A stretch of 55,110 nucleotides of DNA from a virus. Lineage: Duplodnaviria > Caudoviricetes. The position numbers and the translations under genes were made by a program. A model generated the notes under the pieces. That model was not told the DNA's origin. It did not search any database and was given only the letters and a program-made list of their open reading frames with translations. Positions 35,995-45,449 of the stretch are shown piece after piece; position 1 is the first letter of the stretch; every line of letters starts with the position of its first letter. The stretch covers positions 1 through 55,110 of the IMG/VR virus record IMGVR_UViG_3300018476_000016. The stretch is one strand, 5' to 3'.

Positions 35995-38945
35995 AGCTCG
36001 AAGTCCCTCCCCCGGCCCTTGCCACGTTTGGCCTCGGCCGCTTGACGGGCTGCCCGGCCACCCAACCACTGGGCCCTGAAGTCATCGTATGTCGACCGGC
36101 CACCGTGGTCGGCCCACCACTGAGCGAGTTCCGGGCTGCTGTACTTGCGGGCCCGGTCCAGGCTGGCGCCCCACAGGACCAGGGGTGAGATCCCAGCCTG
36201 CACGCCGGCACGGTTCAACAGCACCCCGTTGGTGTCCTCTTCGGCCTGGAGCCACTGGTTGTGGACGTGCTCCTTGTACATGCGTCGCAGGGCCTGCTCC
36301 CGCCGTTCACCGGGGCGCCGGTTGGCGTCGATGAGACCGAGTCGCTGGGCGTGTTCGAGGGCGGTCGGGTCCATGTCCAGGTCGGTGTAGGCACCGCCGG
36401 ACTCCAGGTGGGCATCCGCCTCGGTGTCGATGTCACGAGAGCGGGCCTCCAGCTTCTTGACACCTTCCCGGCGGGTCAGTTCCGCGTCTATGGCGTCCAG
36501 GGCGATGTCGCGCGCCGGTGACGGCGGACGGTTGAAGATCGACCGCATGGCCTTCTGGAGTTCGTCATCGGACTTCCCGGACAGCCACGTCGGGACCTCG
36601 CCCCACTGCTTCGGGGCCACCGACCCCACCTCAGGTGCCGGTCCGCCGATGCGGCCAGTCGGTTCGATGAACAGGGCGTGCTTGTCCTGGCCACCGATGT
36701 GGATGGCGGCAGCCCGCTCGCGGTCGGTGAGGACCTTTTGGTTGGACTGCGGGACGATGTTGACACTCGGGTCCCGTTCCAACCGGGTGAGGATGCGGTC
36801 CTGCTCGGCCCGCGACAACCCGGCCTTGGTCATCCGGTCGCGCAGGTCGGCGATGGACACGAAGTCCCCGCCCTTGCGCAGGTCCTCGTAAGCCTGCTTC
36901 ACCAGGTCAACCTGCTCGGTGTCACTGAGCTTCGGCTTGGTGGCCCGTGCCGGCCTGGCTGCCCCCGGCTCGGAGACCCAGAACGTCTGGATGCCCGGAC
37001 CATCCTTGATGGTGATCTCCTGGCCGTCCGGGCCTGTCCCGCTGACCCGCACCCCGCCACGGCCCTTGTACTGGATGGCCTGCTTGCGGGTGACGGTCAT
37101 GGGGGTGGCGCCGGTCTTGGTGGTCGACGCCTCCCAGGTGCCGTCCGGGCGTTGCCGGACCAGGACCGTGGTGCCCGGCTCGACCCGGCTGGCGTTCGTC
37201 TTCCCCACGGCCATGCTCGGGGTGAGCCGGGCAGGGGCAGCCTTGGCGGGCGTGGGGACTGCCACCGGGGCCTGTGGCGCGGCCTCACGCGTCGTGGCGT
37301 CCTTCTCGGCGAGCTTGTCGGCCAGGAAGTCAACGATGGCGTCCTTGGTCCGGACAGACTTGGGGATCGTCACCTTCTCGTCGCGGGCCTTGGCGCGTAG
37401 TTCCGGGACCGTCTGGTGGATGAGCCCGACACTGTCCGGCTGGACCGCCACCTCGGGTGCAAGGGAGTCGGCGTACTTGTCCAGGAACCGCTTGTGCTCC
37501 GGGGACTCGTTACGCAGGGACGACCCACGTACCGTCTGCGCTGCTTTCTTCCTTGACACACGGTGCGACTTGACCGAGTCGTCCATGAGCGCGAGCAGAC
37601 GCCGGGTCATCTGGTCCTTCGGTGGCGGCTCCCCGATCCGGGCGCCGATCTCCATGACCTGGGCGTCCAGGGCGGCACGCTCGTCGGCCTCGGCACGCAG
37701 ACGACGCTGCTCGGCAGCCACCTCCCGGGACTTGCGCTCCTGGTCCTTGTCCCTGCGGGCCTGGGAGTCCTCGCGCTGGCGACGTTCGTCGGCGAACCGG
37801 CGACGCTTCTCCCGCTCCTCGGCCTGGATCCTCAGGGCCACTTCCTCGTGGGAGGGCAACTGCCCCGGCTCCGGTGTCGGCTTGGGCTCGCCCTTGGCGG
37901 GGGCCTTCGGGGCCTCTGGCGTGGCCGCTGGCGCCGGTTCAGGGGCAGGTGTGGGTGACGCCTTGGGTGCCGGTCCCGCGACCTCAGGGGCCTTCTCAGC
38001 GGGTTGTGGCTGGTCAGCGGGCTTCGCGGTCTTGCCACCAGGGCCGATGGACTCCGCAGCGACCGGTTCGTTGCGCTCACCAGGACCGGGTCCGGCTGGG
38101 CGTCCCTGCTTCGGGCGCACCGGCCCCTGCTCAACGGTCGGTGCCTGGACCGCTGGGGCCTGTTGGGGGGCGTTGGGCGCCTGGGCTGGGGCGGGAGCGG
38201 TGACCGGGGTCTCGGGGAGTTGGAGATCCTTCTCCTCCTGGCCCTTGCGTAGCCGGGTGCCGAGTTTCTTGGTCCGCTTGTTGCCGACCGACCCTTTCTC
38301 GGTGGCCACGGCCATCACGTAGAAGCCACCCTTGCCATCCGGGGTGACCTTGGTGATGCGCAGCGGCTGCTCCCGGTCCAGGACGACCTCGCGGGTGGGG
38401 CTGTCAGCCGAGGGGACCACGGCTCTCGTGCCAGCCGGGACAGCGATGACCATCGTGATGGACGGTCCCTGCCCACCGGCCAGCGGTGTACCGATGTTCG
38501 TGGAAGAGTAGCCACGGTCGGCGACCAGCTTGCCGGTGTACTCCTCCATCCGGGCAATCGACTCAGGCTTGAGTCCGAACGCCTCGGGCCCCACCACCCG
38601 GGACAGGATGACCTGATCGGGCAGCGGGGCCATGGATGCGTCCATCGCGGCGATGTCCGGGCCAGAGTCGTCACGGGCCCGGAGTTTCGCGTTCATCTGC
38701 GGGTAGTTGGCCAGCAGCCGTTCCATGAGCTTGTTGGCCCGTGGCCCACGCTGCTTGGATGCCGCTATGCCGTTGGTGTACTTGGCCGCGTCCTCGTTGG
38801 TTGGGAACGTCTTGGGGTTGAACCCCTCCAGGAGCGTGGAGATCTTCTCGATGGCGGCACCGGACATCTTGAACGAGTTACGGAACCGGCCATGCGAGTC
38901 TCGCGGGTGTTGGAACTCCTCTCGCGTACCCCACTCCCCTGCCAT
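35991..38945 (-). CDS. Multidomain protein with N-terminal VIP2-like ADP-ribosyltransferase
   Basis: HPRDSHGRF; Y..MN.KLR, ILSRVV, DRGYSST, VPAGTRA, TREVVLDR (R-S-E); Pro/Ala linkers; C-terminal ARKYSSPELAQWW domain. Confidence 0.8.
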   Translation of the reverse strand: MAGEWGTREEFQHPRDSHGRFRNSFKMSGAAIEKISTLLEGFNPKTFPTNEDAAKYTNGIAASKQRGPRANKLMERLLANYPQMNAKLRARDDSGPDIAAMDASMAPLPDQVILSRVVGPEAFGLKPESIARMEEYTGKLVADRGYSSTNIGTPLAGGQGPSITMVIAVPAGTRAVVPSADSPTREVVLDREQPLRITKVTPDGKGGFYVMAVATEKGSVGNKRTKKLGTRLRKGQEEKDLQLPETPVTAPAPAQAPNAPQQAPAVQAPTVEQGPVRPKQGRPAGPGPGERNEPVAAESIGPGGKTAKPADQPQPAEKAPEVAGPAPKASPTPAPEPAPAATPEAPKAPAKGEPKPTPEPGQLPSHEEVALRIQAEEREKRRRFADERRQREDSQARRDKDQERKSREVAAEQRRLRAEADERAALDAQVMEIGARIGEPPPKDQMTRRLLALMDDSVKSHRVSRKKAAQTVRGSSLRNESPEHKRFLDKYADSLAPEVAVQPDSVGLIHQTVPELRAKARDEKVTIPKSVRTKDAIVDFLADKLAEKDATTREAAPQAPVAVPTPAKAAPARLTPSMAVGKTNASRVEPGTTVLVRQRPDGTWEASTTKTGATPMTVTRKQAIQYKGRGGVRVSGTGPDGQEITIKDGPGIQTFWVSEPGAARPARATKPKLSDTEQVDLVKQAYEDLRKGGDFVSIADLRDRMTKAGLSRAEQDRILTRLERDPSVNIVPQSNQKVLTDRERAAAIHIGGQDKHALFIEPTGRIGGPAPEVGSVAPKQWGEVPTWLSGKSDDELQKAMRSIFNRPPSPARDIALDAIDAELTRREGVKKLEARSRDIDTEADAHLESGGAYTDLDMDPTALEHAQRLGLIDANRRPGERREQALRRMYKEHVHNQWLQAEEDTNGVLLNRAGVQAGISPLVLWGASLDRARKYSSPELAQWWADHGGRSTYDDFRAQWLGGRAARQAAEAKRGKGRGRDFEL

Positions 38946-38947
38946 GT

Positions 38948-39787
38948 CTACTCCGGGTCGATAGCGTCAGCGCCAGCCCGTAGGGCCTCGGCTGTGGCGG
39001 CGTTGACGGTCTCCTGGTCCTCGGTGACGATCTCGTCAACCTTAGCCACGAGCGCGTTCAGCGTGGACACCACAGTGGCCAGGGTGGCGGTCACCGCGTT
39101 GACCAAGTCCTCGATGCGGTGCACATGGTCCCACGTGTCCTCCCAGGCGAACCGGGTCTGCACGTGGGTGTTGGTCAGGGCGTCCTCACGCCATGGCCGG
39201 TTGCGTACCCCGTAGTCGGGGTCCACGTCCCCCTCGTCATAGGTGAGGACCTTCCTGGCGATGCTGGTCTCGTCCATTTCCCACTCCTCCACTGTCTGGC
39301 CCATAGCGATGGAGATGTACGCCCGGCGGGCGTCCTGGCTACGGGCGTACTTGCGGTGCCATTCGCAGTGCTCATGCCACTTGTGGTCGGATGTGGCGAC
39401 CGTGTTCGTGTTGGCCCGGAAGTCCAGGCGCCTGGCGTCCCCGGACCCCGAGTAGCAGTTGACCGCGTTGAAGTATTTGCGTCGCGGGTCCGAATGGTTG
39501 TCGTAGAGCCGCTTCCAGTTCTTGTACGACTTGGCCATGTCCGATGTGGACATGGACATGTCGATGGCTGATGCGTCGCTCTTGTTGTCGTTCGGCATGT
39601 CCGGTGGCTTGTCCTGCGACCGGGTGATGGAGTAGTTGCCGGACGGGTTGTCGTTGTAGGAGATGTGGTAGCCGCTGGGGTGGTTGCCGTCGCCCTTGAT
39701 CCCGGAGCACACCGCCGACGGGTAGTCGGGCAGCGCCTCCCAGTCATCAGCGGCGTCCTGCATCACCTGCGTGGCACTGGTGCTCAC
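38948..39787 (-). CDS. Putative endolysin (Zn-peptidase, M15/LAS-like)
   Basis: GIKGD..H..GYH, ASAID, HKWHEH metal-ligand pattern; helical C-terminus. Confidence 0.65.
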   Translation of the reverse strand: MSTSATQVMQDAADDWEALPDYPSAVCSGIKGDGNHPSGYHISYNDNPSGNYSITRSQDKPPDMPNDNKSDASAIDMSMSTSDMAKSYKNWKRLYDNHSDPRRKYFNAVNCYSGSGDARRLDFRANTNTVATSDHKWHEHCEWHRKYARSQDARRAYISIAMGQTVEEWEMDETSIARKVLTYDEGDVDPDYGVRNRPWREDALTNTHVQTRFAWEDTWDHVHRIEDLVNAVTATLATVVSTLNALVAKVDEIVTEDQETVNAATAEALRAGADAIDPE

Positions 39788-40035
39788 TGGTCCGCGTCCT
39801 CGACCACACGCACGTCCAGGCGACCGTCGTCGGCGCCACGGCGCTTCACCTGGGACCAACCCTCCGCGCCACCGGCCCGCCACGTGCCAGAAGCCTCGTC
39901 GTAGGTGTACGGGGTGGCCCGGTCGTTGGACTTGTCCACCAGCCAGAACCCTTGCGCGGAACGGGACTCCGCGAACCGTCCGGTCCACGGTCCACCCTCA
40001 CACAGGTGTCGGTACAGGGGCTTGTTGTCCGTCAT
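39784..40035 (-). CDS. Hypothetical protein
   Basis: GGAGGGAG RBS; CEGGPW.G motif. Confidence 0.6.
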   Translation of the reverse strand: MTDNKPLYRHLCEGGPWTGRFAESRSAQGFWLVDKSNDRATPYTYDEASGTWRAGGAEGWSQVKRRGADDGRLDVRVVEDADQ

Positions 40036-42481
40036 CGGTGGCTCCCTCCTGGTCGGGTTGTCCGTCCCCGTCATTGTCCTCGCCCGGGGTGTCCTCAACG
40101 ATGGAGAACCTGGCGTCCAACTGTCGGGTCAGCATGGCCGGCTCGCCGTAGACCGGGTCCACACCCGGTACGGCTGGCGGTTCCTCGCCCATGGCCGCGA
40201 ACAGGTCCGCCAGTTGCCGGGCCCGCTGCCACTGGAGGATGGCCTGCTCGTCGGCCAGGATCTCCTCCAGCAGCCACGCCCGGTCCTGCTGGTCGCCGTC
40301 GGTGTCCTTGGCCACCTCGAACTCCACCTGGTGGTCGGGCTCCATGCCCTCGTGCATCACAGACCCGGCCGCTACCAGCGACATCTGCTCCCCGTCGGCG
40401 TCCATCTCGAACACGGGGAACGCCGGGACGTTCACTGCCAGTGCTGCCGTGAGTTCGAGGTTGCCGTCCACGCGACGCCAGTCCCCGGACAGTGGGGAGC
40501 GACGCAGTTTGGCGACCTTCTTGGCATCCGCTTCGGGGACGACGGCACCGGCCACCCAGATGCCGAACTCGTCCTCGCCGGCCCGGACCACAGCAACCTC
40601 GTCGCCGGTGTTGTCGTAGTGGATGGCCGCTGCGGCGTAGCGCAGGTTGGTCCCGGCGTGACGGGTGTCCATGACGATCTTGCCGACGCGGATGCTGTCA
40701 CCCTCAGCCGTGAACACCTCACCCAAGTGGAACGGGGCGTAACCCTTGCGGGAGCGGGGTGCCAGGACGCAGGCGTTCATCGTCACGTCACGGTGGCACT
40801 CGTTCCAAGCGGCCAGGTGCCCGAACACCCGACCGCTCGGGTCCACCGACAGTGGGGTCTTGCTGGACAGTTGTGGGTCATCGAACCACTTGCGGGGTGG
40901 CGCGACCGGGAACTGCCTCGTGGTCCGCACAGCGTACTCGTAGTCGTCCATGCTCATGTCCTGTCGCTCGGTGTCCACGACCACCCCGTAGCGCTTGAGG
41001 GCAGCCGCGATCCGACCCTTGATGGCCTTGAGTTCGTCAGGGCTGTACTCGGCCGCGTTGTCGGCCTGGTTGATGTAGGACCAGGCGGCACGGCAGTGCT
41101 CCTCCGAGTCCAAGGGGTAGCGCTTCTTCCCGTCGTCCTGGTAGCCGGGATCCGCGTACTTCACGTCCCCGTATGGCTCTTTGGGGTCGGCCGCGTAGTC
41201 GACACTCATGCCCTGCTCCCTCGCGGTGACTGCTGCCGGGCTGTCCCATGGTGCCCGGATGGACGAGTCGTTGAACGCGGACGCCATCTCAGGGTAGATC
41301 TCCGAGATGACCCCGCGCAGTGCCGCCTTGTCCCTGTCCGGCACGTTGGGCAGCCCGCCGTGCGCCCCGGACAGCAGGGCGGCAGCCGCATAGATGGCGT
41401 GGTAGACCATGGTCAACCGGCCGTTGATGATGTCCCCGACCGGGAGCCGGTAGCTGGTCACGTCGGTCTCGGGCAGCCGGTCGTCACGCCACATGAACGC
41501 CTGGCGCAGTTTGGCAACGTCCTGGCCACCGCTGGACCATGCGGTGATCCGCTTGACCGCGTCATCGTTGTCGAACACGGCCTCACGTACAGCTAGTGGG
41601 AGCCCGTGCCACCCGGACGGGTTGACCGTGAACGCCTGGCCAGGAACCTCTTCCACTGCGGCCTCGCCACATCCGCAGTCTGGTGTGCCTGGGTCCATGT
41701 CCAGAGCAGAGTGATCCATGTCTGGGTCGTCGTCGGGCCACTCCCCCTCGGTCAGGTTGACCAGTCGCATACCGTCGAACGCGGCGATCCGCACGAGTGT
41801 GGCCCCACCCACGGTGAACAGGGTGATGTGTTCGTCGCCGGTCTCCGGGTTGATGGTGACCCGCATCCGACCGCCCGGGTCCACACTGGCCCCGGCCACA
41901 CCCTGCTCAACGAGGTAGCGGGCCTCGGTCACCTCGGGGACAATGGACGCGTCCAACCAGTCGCCCCAACCCCACATGAACTCCTGGCCCGTGTGGTCGG
42001 GACCGACACCCACACCGAGGATCCGGCCCACGGTGACCGCACCCGCGTGACCGTTGGCGTCCACGCGACGGTGGGCCAGGGGCAGTGGCAGGACCCGGTG
42101 GTCCAGGGCGCCGTGCTCGAAGATGCGCGACCGGCCTGGCTCCCCGGTGGGACGGTTGATGGGCGCAAGGGGCCCTGCCCACAGGTCGTCACCGAGGACC
42201 TGCTGGGATGCCAACAGCACCTGTGCGGCGGCAACGAGGGCCTCGGATGGTGCCTCCATGGCGTGCTCGGCGCTGCCGTGGCCGGGAGGCCCACCTGTGG
42301 CCTTGGTGTGCAGGATGTTGCACAGGCCCTCAGGGTTGGTGGGGAAGTACTTGCGCAGCGCCCGGACACAGCGCTTGAAGTCGCCGGGCATGTTCCACCG
42401 GATCTTGGCGGCACCCTTACCGGTGAGCCAGAAACGCATTAGAGCCAATGGCATGCCCCGGGCCGGGTTCGGGTCGACCAT
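39998..42481 (-). CDS. Capsid maturation protease-like multidomain protein
   Basis: Position after MuF; GAAKIRW..GDF.RC, DUF6582-like YADPGYQDDGKKRYPLD, GRVFGHLA.W..CH, SGDWR. Confidence 0.78.
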   Translation of the reverse strand: MVDPNPARGMPLALMRFWLTGKGAAKIRWNMPGDFKRCVRALRKYFPTNPEGLCNILHTKATGGPPGHGSAEHAMEAPSEALVAAAQVLLASQQVLGDDLWAGPLAPINRPTGEPGRSRIFEHGALDHRVLPLPLAHRRVDANGHAGAVTVGRILGVGVGPDHTGQEFMWGWGDWLDASIVPEVTEARYLVEQGVAGASVDPGGRMRVTINPETGDEHITLFTVGGATLVRIAAFDGMRLVNLTEGEWPDDDPDMDHSALDMDPGTPDCGCGEAAVEEVPGQAFTVNPSGWHGLPLAVREAVFDNDDAVKRITAWSSGGQDVAKLRQAFMWRDDRLPETDVTSYRLPVGDIINGRLTMVYHAIYAAAALLSGAHGGLPNVPDRDKAALRGVISEIYPEMASAFNDSSIRAPWDSPAAVTAREQGMSVDYAADPKEPYGDVKYADPGYQDDGKKRYPLDSEEHCRAAWSYINQADNAAEYSPDELKAIKGRIAAALKRYGVVVDTERQDMSMDDYEYAVRTTRQFPVAPPRKWFDDPQLSSKTPLSVDPSGRVFGHLAAWNECHRDVTMNACVLAPRSRKGYAPFHLGEVFTAEGDSIRVGKIVMDTRHAGTNLRYAAAAIHYDNTGDEVAVVRAGEDEFGIWVAGAVVPEADAKKVAKLRRSPLSGDWRRVDGNLELTAALAVNVPAFPVFEMDADGEQMSLVAAGSVMHEGMEPDHQVEFEVAKDTDGDQQDRAWLLEEILADEQAILQWQRARQLADLFAAMGEEPPAVPGVDPVYGEPAMLTRQLDARFSIVEDTPGEDNDGDGQPDQEGATDDGQQAPVPTPV

Positions 42482-43212
42482 CAGCGTCCCCTCTCCTCGT
42501 TCACGATCACCAGGTCACAGCGGCAGCCGCACACCTCGTCAGCAGGTCCCATTGGATCACCCGGATAAAGAATCCCATAGCCACCGACGTTGAACAGTTC
42601 CGTCAACCCGAGCACCTGACCATCGACATGGCGATGGGTGGCCCGCACCCGCTTGTCCTTCTCCGTGTCCCACCTTTTTCTCAAAAGGCGACCGGTCACG
42701 CGGGACTGCTCCATCCCGGCACCCAGGGTCCCTGCCCCATATGCCCGAGTTGTCTCAGTCACGGCGATATTTCTACTTCTCCCCGGCCAGTTCGGCGACC
42801 CGGTCCACGTGAGCACGTCGTCCACGGCGGCAGCGGTAGCCTCGATGTCACCACCCCCGTTGACGGAGTCGATGATCGCCTCGAACACGAGGTTGTACAC
42901 CTCGTCAGGGATGTTGACGAGGAAGTTGCGGGTCTGGGCCAACTGGGAGATGACGAACGCATGACGACTGACGACCGGGACATCGGTAGCCTCGGACCAG
43001 GCTTGGAACGCTATCTTGCCGATCTCGCTGAGGATCGTGGAGTCAACGTCCGTGGTCCAGGCGTCCTGGACCTGGTACACGCCGCTTGGGTCCGGTTGCA
43101 GCCGATGCTGGACCCAGGGACGCATTACAGCCTCACGAGCCACCTGGAGCCAGGACCGCAGGGACCGGCTGACGACCTGGTACAGGTTGTCTTCCGCGCT
43201 GTCCCTACCCAT
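42481..43212 (-). CDS. MuF-like minor head protein
   Basis: IAVTETTRA, K.W...D.RVR.TH...GQ, YPGDP.GP..EV..CRC. Confidence 0.88.
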   Translation of the reverse strand: MGRDSAEDNLYQVVSRSLRSWLQVAREAVMRPWVQHRLQPDPSGVYQVQDAWTTDVDSTILSEIGKIAFQAWSEATDVPVVSRHAFVISQLAQTRNFLVNIPDEVYNLVFEAIIDSVNGGGDIEATAAAVDDVLTWTGSPNWPGRSRNIAVTETTRAYGAGTLGAGMEQSRVTGRLLRKRWDTEKDKRVRATHRHVDGQVLGLTELFNVGGYGILYPGDPMGPADEVCGCRCDLVIVNEERGR

Positions 43213-45121
43213 GGTCCAACAGTCCTCTGTCCCGAAGTTCGATACCTAGTCTCTCGGGTAGGTGAGGCAGTCCCGCCACAAGGAGTTTGACGCAGTAGTC
43301 GTCCAGCGTCTGGCGTAGCTCCTCATGGTCGACGGTCAGGTTGACCGCGTCAGCGACGAGGGCGAACTGGCCCCACGCGCCGGCCAGGACCCTCTGCGCC
43401 CGGTCCACACCGCCGACGGGGATGACGGTGTGCAGGTCGTGGTGCGGGGTGTCCTTGAACTGGCCGCGTGTGGCCGGGGTGAGCAGACGCTTCCCAGCCA
43501 CCTCCAGGGCACGCAGGACGGTGGCGTTGGCGATGCCGAACGTGGTCATGGCACTTGCCACGGACGCGGACGCGGTCACCCCTGCTGGCTGTACGGGTCC
43601 CCCGGGGGCGTTCTGGGCGGTTGACGGTTCCAGCGGTATCGGGCCACCCGGGGTGGGGGCGATCCCGGTCGGCGGGGCCGGTGGCGGGGGCGGACCGGCC
43701 CCGGGTGTGCCGGGCGGTAGGGCTGGGGTGACGACAGCATCGGCGGGGAGCATCTCCTCGGTGACGCCTGCGAGTTGCCGGACAGCAGGCATCTGGATCA
43801 TGGCGGGGTCGCGGAGCATGAGTTCCTTGATGAACCGCATGACCGTCTCTTTGTCGTCCGGCGCGGCCGTGATGGCGTAGTCACCGGCCAGGAGCACCTC
43901 GGCAGCCGACACGACACCCTTGTCGTACAACTCCAGGGTGTCCTTGAGCCGTTGCGGGCGCACAGTGAGTGGAGCGGTGTCGAAGTGGAACACGTACCGG
44001 TCCGGGTCGACCTTCATCGACTTGAGGGCCGGCTTCAGGTAGGCCGTGGTGAGCGCGTCACAGATGCGGGTCATCAGCGGTTCGATGTGGACCTTGATCT
44101 GTCCCTCAACGATCTGCCACGCACCCCAGTGGTTGGCCTCGGCCGCACCAGTCAGGATCGACGGGTCGATGTCCATGGCGAGGGCGAACCGCCGGATGGC
44201 CTCCGAGCGCAGGTCCAGGGCCTGGCGGGACAGTTCGGAGGTGAACTGGATCAGGTCGATCTTCCCCAGCGCCTCGATGGGCATCTCCACGAACGTGGGC
44301 ACCACACCTGCGGCCGTGCCGTCCCCGCGCAGGGACGCCGCACCGGTCCGCATGAGCTTGGTGGTCAGCGCCTCGGCCCCGGTCAGGTTGTCGTCCTCCT
44401 CGGGGAAGGAGATCTCCTTGGGGATCGGCATGAGACCAGCGGAGATGAGCCGGGAGTCGATCTGGGCGAACACGTACCGGGTCAACCGTTCGATCTCGAA
44501 CAGCATCGGCATGGCAGCCCGGGTCGGGGAGTCGGCCCAGTGCATGCGACGCGGGTGCGGCGTCCAGATACGGATGATCACGTCGTTGTCCGGGTCCAGG
44601 GTCTCCTTCTGCCCGTCCGGCCACACGATGGAGACGTTCTGGCCCCACCGCTTCAACTCCGAGCAGGAGACAACCATCCACTCGTCATTGTCGGGGTCGT
44701 CCGTGCCCCGGCCGACGATGTAAGCGTCCCCGGCGATGGTCAGGTTGATGCCGAGCATCCGCAGGGCCTCGGCCTTGGACGGCGGGGAACCGAACAGGGT
44801 GTCAGCGAGCCCGGCGACCTTCTTCTTCGTGGTCTCCTGTTGGATGCGACCGTTGTCGTCCACATCGGCCACGTAGATCCGCACCCGGGAGCACGCGGAC
44901 CCGATCCAGTTGGCCACGAACCGCAGTTCGCCGATCAGGTCGTAGAGACGCCACGCCTCCTGCTGCCAGGAGTCGTCCCCGAAGCGGTAGGTGCGCCACC
45001 CTTGACCGTCGAGCTTGTTGGTCAGCCTGGCCGCTGAGGCGACCAGGCTCTTGGGGGTGGCGTGGATGTCAGGGGCGCTGGGGGCTGATTCGATGGCCTT
45101 GTGCCGCCCGAAGCGTGGCAT
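43205..45121 (-). CDS. Portal protein
   Basis: WQQEAW.LYD.IGEL, W.PHPR..ADSP, ANHW.AW; follows the terminase. Confidence 0.85.
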   Translation of the reverse strand: MPRFGRHKAIESAPSAPDIHATPKSLVASAARLTNKLDGQGWRTYRFGDDSWQQEAWRLYDLIGELRFVANWIGSACSRVRIYVADVDDNGRIQQETTKKKVAGLADTLFGSPPSKAEALRMLGINLTIAGDAYIVGRGTDDPDNDEWMVVSCSELKRWGQNVSIVWPDGQKETLDPDNDVIIRIWTPHPRRMHWADSPTRAAMPMLFEIERLTRYVFAQIDSRLISAGLMPIPKEISFPEEDDNLTGAEALTTKLMRTGAASLRGDGTAAGVVPTFVEMPIEALGKIDLIQFTSELSRQALDLRSEAIRRFALAMDIDPSILTGAAEANHWGAWQIVEGQIKVHIEPLMTRICDALTTAYLKPALKSMKVDPDRYVFHFDTAPLTVRPQRLKDTLELYDKGVVSAAEVLLAGDYAITAAPDDKETVMRFIKELMLRDPAMIQMPAVRQLAGVTEEMLPADAVVTPALPPGTPGAGPPPPPAPPTGIAPTPGGPIPLEPSTAQNAPGGPVQPAGVTASASVASAMTTFGIANATVLRALEVAGKRLLTPATRGQFKDTPHHDLHTVIPVGGVDRAQRVLAGAWGQFALVADAVNLTVDHEELRQTLDDYCVKLLVAGLPHLPERLGIELRDRGLLDHG

Positions 45122-45125
45122 TCAA

Positions 45126-45446
45126 TCACTCCTTTGACACAAGGAACCCGGTCACGTAGGACGCTGCGGGGACGGAGAGGACAGCCAGGAGCCAGGAGCC
45201 CCCGGCCAGGAGCACAGTGGCGGGCATGACCAGGAGTGCGACCCACATGGATGAGCACCAGTCACAGTGGACCAGGTACACCTGCCACGACTCCTCATGC
45301 CACCTCCTGACAACTAACTGCCGCAAACGCACTGTCAACTGGTCGGTCGTCACCAGCCGGGTGAGCCTGGTGACTGCCAACATTGCCATGATCACTGTAA
45401 GAACGAACACTGTGCCCCCTATACCGTAATTGACCAAGGTGTGCAA
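45126..45446 (-). CDS. DUF1360-like membrane protein
   Basis: RLTRLVTTD, YLVHCDWCSSMW; start uncertain. Confidence 0.7.
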   Translation of the reverse strand: MHTLVNYGIGGTVFVLTVIMAMLAVTRLTRLVTTDQLTVRLRQLVVRRWHEESWQVYLVHCDWCSSMWVALLVMPATVLLAGGSWLLAVLSVPAASYVTGFLVSKE

Positions 45447-45449
45447 GGT

